NCBI GenBank assembly: GCA_039932335.1
Contig: JBDTQH010000024.1
Location: 5,959 to 69,958, forward strand
From: Chloroflexota bacterium
Lineage (GTDB): Bacteria; Chloroflexota; Chloroflexia; QHBQ01; JADMIH01
Length of the DNA stretch: 64,000 bases
Reading direction: 5' to 3'
Shown in pieces: positions 9,657-19,369 of this stretch. Each line of letters opens with the position of its first letter. Positions within the stretch are counted from its first letter, which is position 1. Under the pieces are notes generated by a model, which saw only the letters and a list, made by a program, of their open reading frames with translations, made no database searches and had not been told where the DNA came from. The translations under genes were made by a program, and so were the position numbers.

Positions 9657-10594
9657 TGCGCGGTCTAGCTGATGTTCGAGTGCTGGTGCTAGCAGGTATG
9701 CCGAGCGATTCGGCTTCGCAAGTGGACCTGGATTCGCTTGATAGGCGCACAACAGCACACAGGTTGGCATTATACGGCAAGTCCATTCCGATTAATCTGC
9801 TGCGATTGCTGAAGCGTTTGGCTTTTGGGCAAGACAATGTTGTCTTGCTGTACAAGACCGGACTCCTCCCGGCTATGCTGGCTGCAATCGTGGTCAGATT
9901 GTTTGGACGGCGTACCCTTTACATCCCTGCGCAAGGACGGTCGAAGGGTGGCAGCGGGCTACGCAGGCTGATAGGTACGGCTCCAACAGGCCGTCGCAAG
10001 GGCACTTCCGGCCGGAATAGCGAGGTAATGCTCAGGGGTATTGCTCGGTTGGTTGGCCGCAAGTGGGAGATCGCACAGTCTACGCCTTTCCGGATAGATC
10101 TGGGATGTGGCAGCCAGGTGCGGCAAGGTTTCACCGGAATAGACGCCAGGGTGACCCCGGCTACAGCTATCGTTTCAGACGCCCGTGCGGTCGCGGTAGC
10201 CAGCCACACAGCGGACGAAGTATATGCAAGCTGCTTGCTGGAGCACTTCGAGAACCCGCACGAAGTCTTGCGTGAAATCCATCGTATCTTAGTAAAGGAT
10301 GGACAAGCTGTACTAAGGTTGCCGAACCTGGGCACATACTCATCACATCTGGATCTTACACACCGCTTTCTGGCCGATCTGGCGCTCTGGAGACGCATAC
10401 TGAGCGGCTATTTTGAAGAGGTCGATGTATTGCCTGTTGGCACTAAATACAGAGATAGCCCATCGCTGGTCAAGATTAACTGGGTGCTTGTGAACCTTTT
10501 CAAGTGGTACGAACTGGCACAGGGCTGGGATTTCGTTTGTCGGGGTCCCAGGGCTACCCCAAGCATCGAATACGTTGCCTGGTGGGACGAGTAG
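9653..10594 (+). CDS. Class I SAM-dependent methyltransferase (Methyltransf_11-like) with a ~125-aa N-terminal extension of unknown function
   Basis: IDLGCGSQ...GIDA (motif I) plus ...CLLEHFENPHEVLREIHRILVKDG (post-I/II). ATGA overlap with the upstream GT. The methyltransferase core begins near the internal Met at 10028. Confidence 0.7.
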   Translation: MMRGLADVRVLVLAGMPSDSASQVDLDSLDRRTTAHRLALYGKSIPINLLRLLKRLAFGQDNVVLLYKTGLLPAMLAAIVVRLFGRRTLYIPAQGRSKGGSGLRRLIGTAPTGRRKGTSGRNSEVMLRGIARLVGRKWEIAQSTPFRIDLGCGSQVRQGFTGIDARVTPATAIVSDARAVAVASHTADEVYASCLLEHFENPHEVLREIHRILVKDGQAVLRLPNLGTYSSHLDLTHRFLADLALWRRILSGYFEEVDVLPVGTKYRDSPSLVKINWVLVNLFKWYELAQGWDFVCRGPRATPSIEYVAWWDE

Positions 10595-10602
10595 GCTGCT
10601 GA

Positions 10603-12075
10603 TTGGCTCGCCAGCTTTTTGCTCAACTATCCAAAGAGTCGTTCGTCTATGGCTTTACTGCAGCCGCAGCAAAGCTCGTGGGCTTTATTCTGGTGCCTCT
10701 TTACGCACGTATGCTCACGCAATCCGGCTTTGGAATCCTCGACCTTGTGACCACGGGCACCGCAATCCTTAGCTCCGTCCTCATCCTGGGCATGGACTCG
10801 TCTATAGCGATCATATTTTACAAAACTGAGGATCCAACCGAGCGCCGTACCATTGCCTCTACCTTCCTCGTATTTGAGATTGTCTTCACGCTGATTGTTT
10901 GTGCCCTTCTTTTGCCGGCCGCAGAACCTATAGCCCTGCTAGCCTTTGGCGATGCTTCGCTAACACCCTATGTCCAGATTGCGCTGGCGACTGTGCCTTT
11001 CGCTATCTACATAACCATGTTCCTTGACATAGCAAGGCTCATCAGGATTCCGACCCGATACATGGTAATCTCTCTCGGCAACCTCATCTTTACTTCTGTG
11101 CTGATTGTGCTGGCTGTGGTTGTCTATGGTTTGGGAGTGTGGGGCGTTCTGACTGCCACGCTGATAGGCAGCGTGGTCTTTAGCCTTGTGGGTTTCTACA
11201 CGACACGCTCCCAGTATGGACCGTTCTTTTCGCGCACCGTGTTGAGGCGTATGATCTTGCTCGGTCTTCCTCTTGTGCCTGCCGCTCTCTCGCTCTGGAT
11301 AATCGGCTCCTCTAACCGCTGGTTTGTCTTACACATCACGTCATCCGCAGAGCAAGTGGCCATCCTGGCTCTCGCCACCAGATTGGCCGCACCGGTAGTG
11401 CTGGTTGTCACGGCCTTCCAGATTGCCTGGGTGCCGTTTTCACTCTCCATAGCACGCCAGGATGCCGCCGAGCGGGTATATACGCGGACATTGCTCTATT
11501 TCCTCGCTGTGACCTTCGCGATCTTGCTGCCGCTGACCCTGTGGGCCGGGCCAATCATACAGTTGTTCTCCACAGATGCCTACTTGCCGGCCGCCAACCT
11601 GATCGCACTCACAGGTATGATCAGCATCAGTTCGGGCGCGTACTACATAGTAGCAACGGGCATCAATCTTTCGGGCAAAACCATCCATATCGGCTGGACG
11701 ACCCTCGTCGCAGCGGGAGTGAGCATATTGCTGAACCTTGCGCTCATACCAGTGCTGGGCGTGCTTGGGGCGGCTTTCGCGGGGCTTGTCGCGAGCCTCA
11801 CCCCAGTTGTGCTGCTTTACATAATGTCGCAGCGCATACACCCTCTGCCCTACGATTTGCCCGCTGTTCTTACCCTGTCCGGTCTCGGGGCGCTTCTGCT
11901 GCTCGCGGCTACGCTGTTGCATCTGTCCGATCCGCTGTTTGACTTTGCTGCTCGCGTGGTTATTCTTGCTATCTTCCCGGCTGCACTTCTGGCTCTGGGC
12001 GTAATCAGGCCGCGTGATCTGCGCGAAATGATGCATATGCTGAGCGGTCGTATGCGAAGAGGAGCAGACGTATGA
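10603..12075 (+). CDS. Wzx-like oligosaccharide flippase (MOP/polysaccharide biosynthesis protein family)
   Basis: 490 aa with ~12-14 hydrophobic helices. N-terminus ...VYGFTAAAAKLVGFILVPLYARML is typical of Wzx/RfbX. Confidence 0.75.
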   Translation: MARQLFAQLSKESFVYGFTAAAAKLVGFILVPLYARMLTQSGFGILDLVTTGTAILSSVLILGMDSSIAIIFYKTEDPTERRTIASTFLVFEIVFTLIVCALLLPAAEPIALLAFGDASLTPYVQIALATVPFAIYITMFLDIARLIRIPTRYMVISLGNLIFTSVLIVLAVVVYGLGVWGVLTATLIGSVVFSLVGFYTTRSQYGPFFSRTVLRRMILLGLPLVPAALSLWIIGSSNRWFVLHITSSAEQVAILALATRLAAPVVLVVTAFQIAWVPFSLSIARQDAAERVYTRTLLYFLAVTFAILLPLTLWAGPIIQLFSTDAYLPAANLIALTGMISISSGAYYIVATGINLSGKTIHIGWTTLVAAGVSILLNLALIPVLGVLGAAFAGLVASLTPVVLLYIMSQRIHPLPYDLPAVLTLSGLGALLLLAATLLHLSDPLFDFAARVVILAIFPAALLALGVIRPRDLREMMHMLSGRMRRGADV

Positions 12076-13247
12076 AGCGACGAGTCTGCATTCTCTCTTT
12101 CTCGCCAATCTACCGCGACGCGCGTGTGCTGCGCCAAATAGAATACCTGTCGCCCCACTATGATCTGACCGTTATAGGCTACGGCCCGCCCCTGCAAGAA
12201 TGGCCCGACGTACAATGGCTGCCTGTCACAGTCAAATCGAGCCTGATTACTCGCGTGATGGGTTTCCTGCTGATGGTGCTGGGCCGCGTAATCCCGCCGC
12301 TTTACACTTTCTGGTACTGGAGCAAAGCACACCACCGCGAGGCTCTCGAAAACGCTGTGACTAGCCGCGCCGATGTCTACCATGCCAACGACTGGAATGC
12401 CCTGCCCGTCGCGGCGGAGGCTGCCCGACGCTACGGCTCCAAATTGGTGCTTGACGCTCACGAATACGCGCCTCTTGAGTTCGAGGAGCGGCGCTGGTGG
12501 CGCTGGTTCTACAGGCCGCTCGTGCTCTATTTCCTCAGAAGGTATAGAGGGCAGCTTAATGCATCTATGACTGTCGCCCCTGCTATTGCCGAGCGATATG
12601 CGGCCGAGCTTGGCTTCTCGCCCATTACCGTCCTGAACGCGCCTGTGCTGGTGCCCGTTGAGCAACATGATATTGACCCCAACAACATTCGCCTGGTTTA
12701 TCATGGAGGAGCCAGCCCCGACCGGCGCCTTGAACGCATGATAGAAACGCTCGAGAAGACCGAGCGTCGTTTCACCTTACACTTTATAATGGTAGACGAG
12801 ACCTCTCCATACGTGCAAAGTCTCAAGCAGCTTGCGAGGAGACTTGAACCGGAACGTATACAGTTCCACCCGCCCGTGCCGCCCTCGAAGATCGTGGACC
12901 GCATCGCTGAGTACGACATCGGTTTCTACCTTCTTGAGCCGTCCAACTACAATAACAGCGTTGCGCTGCCTAACAAGTTCTTTGATTTCCTGGCTGCGGG
13001 TCTCGCGGTCTGTGTAGGCCCGTCTCCCGGCATGGCACGTATGGTAAAGGAATACGGCTTTGGCTGCGTAACTCCCTCCTTTGATTCGGGCGCGGCCTCT
13101 CAAACGCTCAACAGTCTGACGGCCGAAGAGATAGCTCGAATGCGCGAGGCTTCACGCAGCACAGCTCAACTCTTCAACGCCGACCGCGAGATGGGCAAGA
13201 TGCTGGAGCTATACCGGCACCTGTTCGATGATAGTGATAATCAATAA
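12072..13247 (+). CDS. GT-B fold glycosyltransferase (GT4-like); paralog of the 15264..16499 product
   Basis: Shares YHA(N/H)D...LDAHE...PNK(F/L)FDF(L/I) motifs with ORF 15264..16499. ATGA overlap with wzx. Confidence 0.6.
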   Translation: MKRRVCILSFSPIYRDARVLRQIEYLSPHYDLTVIGYGPPLQEWPDVQWLPVTVKSSLITRVMGFLLMVLGRVIPPLYTFWYWSKAHHREALENAVTSRADVYHANDWNALPVAAEAARRYGSKLVLDAHEYAPLEFEERRWWRWFYRPLVLYFLRRYRGQLNASMTVAPAIAERYAAELGFSPITVLNAPVLVPVEQHDIDPNNIRLVYHGGASPDRRLERMIETLEKTERRFTLHFIMVDETSPYVQSLKQLARRLEPERIQFHPPVPPSKIVDRIAEYDIGFYLLEPSNYNNSVALPNKFFDFLAAGLAVCVGPSPGMARMVKEYGFGCVTPSFDSGAASQTLNSLTAEEIARMREASRSTAQLFNADREMGKMLELYRHLFDDSDNQ

Positions 13248-13266
13248 GAGATAGGCAGTAGAACCA

Positions 13267-15267
13267 ATGTGTGGGATATTCGGCATCTGGCATACTGGCG
13301 GTAAAATGCTTGACCTGGCGGCCTTGCGGCGTGCCACCACCTCGCTGAGTCACCGCGGCCCCGATGACGAGGGCTACTTGCTGGTAAACACCCGCACGGG
13401 GCGTACTGTGCTCTGCGGCGGCGACAACACCCGCACCGAGCTTGGCCTCCCGAGCATAGCCGAGTACACAGGCGTTATCGGTGAGCGGTTCGATCTCGCG
13501 CTTGGCTTCCGGCGCCTCGCAATCCTGGACCTCTCGCCCGCCGGGCACCAACCGATGTGCAGCCCGGACGGCTCGCTCTGGCTGATCTTCAACGGCGAGA
13601 TCTATAACTACATTGAGCTTCGTTCCGAGCTCGCCGCTTACGGCCATACGTTCAAGACTGGCACCGACAGCGAGGTTATCCTGGCTGCCTACCGCCAGTG
13701 GGGGCCTGATTGCCTGAGTCACTTCAACGGCATGTGGGCCTTCGCCATCTGGGACAGCAGGGCACGAGAGGTTTTCGTGGCGCGCGACCGCTTTGGTGTG
13801 AAGCCGATGTACACCGTTTCAGGCCAGGGAGGGACATTCGCCTTTTCCTCAGAGATAAAGGCACTGCTCATAAGCGGTGTTGTGCCGTTCCGCCCGTCGC
13901 CCGCCGCCATTTCGCGTTACATCGCGCAGGGCACGTTCCCCAGCCACGCCCAGGGCGAAACCTTTTTCGAGGGAGTGCAGGAGCTACCCGCAGGATATTG
14001 CGCTCTCGTTTCCCCGGCGGGGCGTCAGCCGCACCGCTACTGGTCGCTGCCCACGATAGAGCAGCCGTCGCCCTCAACGGATGAAGCCGCGGCTTGTTAC
14101 AGCGAGCTATTCACCGATGCTGTTCGGTTACGTTTACGTGCTGATGTGCCGGTCGGCACCTGCCTATCAGGTGGCGTCGATTCGTCCTCAATCGTCGCGG
14201 TCGCGGGCAATCTCATGCAGACCGAGCACGCTGTTTCGCTTGAACGCCTTGGCGACCACCAGCAGACCTTCAGCGCGGTCTATCCTATCGTCGGGCCGTG
14301 GGACGAGCGGCGCTATATAGAGCAGGTGGTTGACCGCACAGGAGCGGCGGGCAACTATATCAGCCCCACCGTCGAGCGGCTCTGGGACGACCTTGAGCAG
14401 CTTGTGTGGCACCAGGACGAGCCGTTCCAATCCACAAGCATCTTCGCCCAGTGGTGCGTGATGAGCCTCGCCCACGAGCGCGGCGTGACCGTGCTGCTCG
14501 ATGGGCAGGGGGCCGATGAGGTGCTTGGCGGCTACCGTCCCTATGCTGTCTGGCTGGGCCAGCTTATTCGCGCCGGGCGTATCGCACAGGCCGTACAGGA
14601 AGCACGCGCTCTTCGCTCGGTCACCGGGCAGAACCCGCTGCCGCTGGTCGCGCGCGGATTGGCTGGGCAGCTACCCGCGCCTCTACTCAGGCGCTTGCGC
14701 GGCTCGCGTATGAGGCAGGCGGTTGCCGGGTCGGGTCTGCGGCCCGAGCTTGGGCAGACATTGGAGGCAGCCGTGGCCTCTTCCGGCGAGGCATACGAGG
14801 GGTTGGACAGCCTGAACAACCACCTTGCTCGCCTCATCACGGAAGACTCGCTTCCCAACCTCCTGCGCTACGAGGACCGCAACTCAATGGCCTTCTCCAT
14901 AGAAAGCCGCGTGCCTTTCCTCGACTACCGCCTCGTGGAGTACGTGTTCAGGCAGGCTTCCCATTTGCGTATCCACGACGGCTGGACCAAATGGATTCAG
15001 CGCACAGCCGTGGACGATAAGCTGCCCGCTGACATTGTGTGGCGGCGCGACAAGGTCGGCTTCGAGACGCCGGAACAGCAGTGGTTCCGCGCAGGCAAAT
15101 CTCACCTCCTCAGCATCCTCAATGACGACTCTTCCGCCTCTAGCTACCTCGACATGGCCCAAGTTCGCCGTGAAGCGCCCGGAATGATCGACGTCGGCAA
15201 TACCGCGCAGGTCTGGCGCTGGGTAAATCTCGTGCTCTGGCTGCGCAGTTTTGAGCGTGCTCTTTGA
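13267..15267 (+). CDS. Asparagine synthetase B-family glutamine amidotransferase (WbpG/WbpS-like)
   Basis: MCGIFGI N-terminal nucleophile (class II GATase). SGGVDSS PP-loop of the synthetase domain. 666 aa. Confidence 0.9.
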   Translation: MCGIFGIWHTGGKMLDLAALRRATTSLSHRGPDDEGYLLVNTRTGRTVLCGGDNTRTELGLPSIAEYTGVIGERFDLALGFRRLAILDLSPAGHQPMCSPDGSLWLIFNGEIYNYIELRSELAAYGHTFKTGTDSEVILAAYRQWGPDCLSHFNGMWAFAIWDSRAREVFVARDRFGVKPMYTVSGQGGTFAFSSEIKALLISGVVPFRPSPAAISRYIAQGTFPSHAQGETFFEGVQELPAGYCALVSPAGRQPHRYWSLPTIEQPSPSTDEAAACYSELFTDAVRLRLRADVPVGTCLSGGVDSSSIVAVAGNLMQTEHAVSLERLGDHQQTFSAVYPIVGPWDERRYIEQVVDRTGAAGNYISPTVERLWDDLEQLVWHQDEPFQSTSIFAQWCVMSLAHERGVTVLLDGQGADEVLGGYRPYAVWLGQLIRAGRIAQAVQEARALRSVTGQNPLPLVARGLAGQLPAPLLRRLRGSRMRQAVAGSGLRPELGQTLEAAVASSGEAYEGLDSLNNHLARLITEDSLPNLLRYEDRNSMAFSIESRVPFLDYRLVEYVFRQASHLRIHDGWTKWIQRTAVDDKLPADIVWRRDKVGFETPEQQWFRAGKSHLLSILNDDSSASSYLDMAQVRREAPGMIDVGNTAQVWRWVNLVLWLRSFERAL

Positions 15268-16499
15268 GCAGCAGGGCAACCGTGCGACCCTCCGGCGGCA
15301 AGCCTTCCGTTCTCATGGTGACACAGGACGTGGAGGTGACCCGCCGCATTCTTCAGGAGGCCCACTCCCTCACCGCAGCGGGCTACCCCGTGCGTATCCT
15401 CACTCGCTCCGCCGACGAGCACGACGGGAGCGGCACTGTCGAAGGTCTACCCGTTGAGTGGGTGGCCGTTAAAGGCCGCGACCCGCGCTTTGGCTGGCTA
15501 TACCGTCTGGCGGGCAAGACACGAGGCACGCAGGCCGCCGCTCTCTGGAGCGTGATCAGCGGCCGCCACACCTTCACCATACGCGCATTGCCTCGCGCCA
15601 TCGCCTACCACGCGGACATATACCACGCGCACGACCTGAACAATCTGGAGATCGCCTACCGCGCCGCCGGAGCCAACAAGGCAAAGCTGGTCTATGACGC
15701 GCACGAGCTTTTCTCGGAGATGGCGAACCGCTGGGTGCGCCTCAAGCGCAGGTCATGGCAGCGCCTGGAAGGACGGTTGCTCCCGCGCGCCGACCTCGCG
15801 ATAACCGTCAACGAGCTAATCGCTGAAGAGATGAGCAAGCGTTATCACGTCCCGCCGCCTCTCGTGCTGCTCAACTGCCCAGATCCGCCTCCCAGCTTCG
15901 ACCCGCATGCTCGCTATGACCTGATCCGTGAGCGGCTTGGCCTGCCGCCGGAGCGCAAGGTGGTGCTCTATCAAGGCTGGATGTCGGCAGGACGTGGGCT
16001 GGAGAACCTTGTGCGTGCCGCCCGCCTGCTTGCCGGTAACGCCGCCGTGGTCTTCATGGGCTATGGCGACTATCAGGCCGAATTGGAGCGCATGGCCGCC
16101 GCCGAACCTGCGGGCGCTGTCAGCTTCATCCCCGCCGTTCCTCAGCGCGATCTGCTCGCCTACTGTGCCTCAGCCGACGTTGGCGTGATCCCGTACCAGG
16201 CCGTTGACCTGAACAATTATTACACCTCGCCCAACAAGCTCTTCGATTTTATCCAGGCAGCCCTGCCCATTGTCGCCAGCGACCTGCCCTACCTTCGCAA
16301 GGTGATAGCAGGCCACGACCTCGGCGTGGTAGCAAAGCTGGACAGCCCCGCGACATACGCCGCAGCCATCAACAGCGTCCTGACCCTCCCCGACAACGCC
16401 GCGACCCTCCGCGCCAACCTCCGCCACGCCGCCCCCTCCTACACATGGTCCGCCCAGGCCGAAAAGCTGGTGGGGGCGTACCGTAGACTGTGTCCGTGA
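15264..16499 (+). CDS. GT-B fold glycosyltransferase (GT4-like)
   Basis: Paralog of 12072..13247 (see motifs above). ATGA overlap with the asnB-like gene. Confidence 0.65.
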   Translation: MSSRATVRPSGGKPSVLMVTQDVEVTRRILQEAHSLTAAGYPVRILTRSADEHDGSGTVEGLPVEWVAVKGRDPRFGWLYRLAGKTRGTQAAALWSVISGRHTFTIRALPRAIAYHADIYHAHDLNNLEIAYRAAGANKAKLVYDAHELFSEMANRWVRLKRRSWQRLEGRLLPRADLAITVNELIAEEMSKRYHVPPPLVLLNCPDPPPSFDPHARYDLIRERLGLPPERKVVLYQGWMSAGRGLENLVRAARLLAGNAAVVFMGYGDYQAELERMAAAEPAGAVSFIPAVPQRDLLAYCASADVGVIPYQAVDLNNYYTSPNKLFDFIQAALPIVASDLPYLRKVIAGHDLGVVAKLDSPATYAAAINSVLTLPDNAATLRANLRHAAPSYTWSAQAEKLVGAYRRLCP

Positions 16500-16513
16500 C
16501 GGCTGACGGAGCT

Positions 16514-16540
16514 AGGCCCCTCCCGATCCAGGAGGGGCCT
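16514..16540 (+). terminator. Rho-independent terminator ending the glycan locus
   Basis: Perfect 9-bp GC stem GGCCCCTCC/GGAGGGGCC with an 8-nt loop, then TCTTCT. Confidence 0.55.
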
Positions 16541-16552
16541 TCTTCTACAAGC

Positions 16553-18286
16553 CTAAGGCTGAGAGCAGCCTGGCAGCTTGAAGCTGCCGATCCGGGTCTG
16601 CCAGCCTGCAGGGCTGGATGCCTGACCTTCCGCGGTGTAATATTCGTTCACATACCAGAACGTACAATCGTCCCTGGGGTCGATGTTCATCGACGTGTAG
16701 TCCCCCCATCGTGAGTTAAGGGTTCTCTGCACACCGGTGCCGTTTACAACCACGCCCTCGCCCTGTGTCATCTGTCCCAGCGGGTCACCGGCAAGACGGC
16801 CTGTATAACGGATGCCAGGGTACACATTGAAGCCGTTCACCACACTGTAGCCAAGGCCCATGTTACCCTTCCGATCCTGGGCTATGCTTCCCATCCAGCG
16901 GTGTACCCCGTCGGTAGATGCGTACGTGCCCTGCTGGTACACTGAGTAGCCACTATCTGTTCGCCTGATCTCGTACCAGCGCACGCCCGCCACGCCCGGC
17001 AGCGCTTCAACCGACTGGTTTGTCACCAGCGACTCGTAATCCTTGAAGTTCCTGTAGGCCAGCCGCCATGTGGGCCGTTGTCGATAAGAAAGTATGTCGA
17101 GGAATTGGGCCTGATTAGTGATACCCGGCTGAGGTAGGCAGTCACGAGCATCCGGCCCGCATGGGAAGACAGAGTCGAACGGTGCCACTGGAAGCTGGGC
17201 AGCCAGACCGAGCGTTGCCAAAGGCGTTGACCGCCACTTAACGGTCAGGTCCCAGATATTGATAGCATCGGAGGTAGCCCCATAGTCAGCGTCGTCATCC
17301 TGCGTGCCAACAAACGGTGCGGCAGCGTCATTTTTTGGCTTCTTGGTACCGTCGATGTCAGGTGGCAGCAACCCGTCACCAACCAATGGCAACATGCCCG
17401 GCGCATTCCCATCGATGAAGAACCTCACCATTCGAGCACGGGGGTCGCCGTTCACCATCTTGTTCTTTTCCAGCGCGATAATTCCCATTCCATACTCTAT
17501 GGTAGGTCCAAACTCACGCGTTGATATCAGATATGAATCGGTCCAAACGCCGTACTTAGGGTAGTCCGGGAAGTTGAGCCCCGTCGAGAACGCATATCGG
17601 TAGTAAGCGCCGGTAGGGTCGCCGGTCTGAGAGATCGCTATGCAGTTCCAGTATTCCGGCCCGGCGCTGGTGAACTGGCTGAGGATCCAACGATCCACCA
17701 GTTGGTCATACAGCACAACGGGGTCGCCCGCATTGCCGCCGCAGTCCGGTATCGCAAATCCCGCCCACAAACTGCCCAACGTCATTGGTCCGACCAGCCG
17801 GTTACCGCTCTTGTCATAAACGGCAAGAACCAGGTTGACCATCTCAACATAGTTGTTCGGGCCCACATCACCTACCGGGTCCGGAGGGTTGACTCGCCCG
17901 CCTAAGAGGTTGAAATTATCCTGGTTGGAAAGCCCTTCGAAATTAGCGAGGGTACCTGGAATCAGTGGAGCAACCTTCGCTCCTGAAGCACCAGCCTGGA
18001 GCGCCCCGTCACCGGAGTAACCTTTATCCTTGGCAACCGGACCACGTTCGGCTCGTATTTCCATCTCCGACTCACCGGCCGGCAATGTCACCTGTGCTGC
18101 TACGGAACGCAGGGCCGGCGAGCTATCGAATGCTACTGCTGTTGAGAAAGTTGCCGACGGTTGGACACGTTGCCCGGGTTGCGTAACGCCTGTTTTCTGC
18201 GCTTGTGCGCTTGCAGTTAGGGCTGCCACTGTACTGACGAGCATGACGAACACAGCTATCAAAGTTACTAAACGCTGTCGTTTCAT
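16553..18286 (-). CDS. Secreted protein of unknown function (577 aa) with a cleavable signal peptide
   Basis: N-terminal MKRQRLVTLIAVFVMLVSTVAALTASAQA. AGGAG RBS 8 nt upstream. Gly/Asp/Trp-rich, beta-rich composition. No family recognised. Confidence 0.5.
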   Translation of the reverse strand: MKRQRLVTLIAVFVMLVSTVAALTASAQAQKTGVTQPGQRVQPSATFSTAVAFDSSPALRSVAAQVTLPAGESEMEIRAERGPVAKDKGYSGDGALQAGASGAKVAPLIPGTLANFEGLSNQDNFNLLGGRVNPPDPVGDVGPNNYVEMVNLVLAVYDKSGNRLVGPMTLGSLWAGFAIPDCGGNAGDPVVLYDQLVDRWILSQFTSAGPEYWNCIAISQTGDPTGAYYRYAFSTGLNFPDYPKYGVWTDSYLISTREFGPTIEYGMGIIALEKNKMVNGDPRARMVRFFIDGNAPGMLPLVGDGLLPPDIDGTKKPKNDAAAPFVGTQDDDADYGATSDAINIWDLTVKWRSTPLATLGLAAQLPVAPFDSVFPCGPDARDCLPQPGITNQAQFLDILSYRQRPTWRLAYRNFKDYESLVTNQSVEALPGVAGVRWYEIRRTDSGYSVYQQGTYASTDGVHRWMGSIAQDRKGNMGLGYSVVNGFNVYPGIRYTGRLAGDPLGQMTQGEGVVVNGTGVQRTLNSRWGDYTSMNIDPRDDCTFWYVNEYYTAEGQASSPAGWQTRIGSFKLPGCSQP

Positions 18287-18957
18287 GGTTTGCTCTCCTT
18301 AGAGTTCCCTGGTTTAAGCTCCTTCTGATGATCGACCTATCAGGCAGCTAGACTATAGGCACCGCTCCTTCCAACGTCACCATACCCACACGGGTCACCA
18401 TATCCAGCATGGTTGCTGTTAATGGCATCTGCTCGTGAACGGCTATATAGCTATATGAGCGCAGTGCTCACGGCTCTACAGGTAAGGGTGACTGTAACAG
18501 GTACTGGTGAATGTACCCGGCGCAACGTCCAATGGACCACAGCAAAGGTCGTAGAAGACCCCTGCCGGTGAGCTAATTGATGGAGGGCTGTAATATAGTC
18601 AAGAATAGACTATCTCAGGCTAGCTCATTAGATACACTAGCATAGCCCCCACGCCGCCAGTTGTCAATAGGTATTAACTATCTGGCCAGATATAGGCCGT
18701 AAACACAACTTGCCGATATCCACCGGCTGTACTGTGGCCGGGGCGAAACGCCACGATACATAGTTTTGGGCAAGCAGTAAGCAAGTACTATTGCACTTCC
18801 CTGTCATTCACAGTACACTAAGAACAAGCGACCATGTTTATTTGATCGCCTTCCTACCTGATTGTTTCAGGATGGGAATCATCGAAGCAATACAGGAGGC
18901 AGGACCTTCTTAAGCATCCAGTCAACACCAAATAGCTTCAATACTATAGGAGGCAAC

Positions 18958-19344
18958 GTGTCAGAAGTCAGCGTGGAGTTTGATAATAAGAATCAGCTTG
19001 ACCGCATCCAGGCTCTGCTGGTAACGCCGGAGATACTCTATGCAGTTTTCGACCTCAAGGGCAGTGGGAGCGGCTTCATTGGCATCACTGATCGGCGTAT
19101 CATCTTTATGGACCAGGGCGTTATCCGCAAGAAGCGCAGTCTGGTTTCTTTACCCTTTTCCAAAATGACCGCCGTGGCGAGCGAAGACTCGGGTGGTATA
19201 GTTTTCGGCACAAGCACGCTCACTGTTCTTGCCGGCAGTCGTGAGTTCGACTTTGACTTCCGCACGAACGAGAAGGCACACAGAGCGTATCAGTTAATCA
19301 TGTGGAACTTGCTTCAGCATGAGCGTCCCGGGATCATGCACTAA
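18958..19344 (+). CDS. Bacterial PH-domain (bPH) protein
   Basis: GGAGG RBS then GTG at 18958. ...ILYAVFDL..GFIGITDRRIIFMDQG...VSLPFSKMTAV matches the bPH/YokE-like fold pattern. The ORF as listed opens further upstream (18862) without an RBS. Confidence 0.5.
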   Translation: MSEVSVEFDNKNQLDRIQALLVTPEILYAVFDLKGSGSGFIGITDRRIIFMDQGVIRKKRSLVSLPFSKMTAVASEDSGGIVFGTSTLTVLAGSREFDFDFRTNEKAHRAYQLIMWNLLQHERPGIMH

Positions 19345-19369
19345 TTTCCAGCGTAAGGAGAGCATAAAG

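Noticed and set aside
8865-13722. Antisense ORFs 8865..9770, 11440..12108, 11850..12704 and 13174..13722 overlapping GT4, wzx, GT and asnB
   Set aside because: Same reasoning. The opposite-strand genes carry clear family signatures. The antisense translations are compositionally biased, His/Arg/Cys-rich noise.
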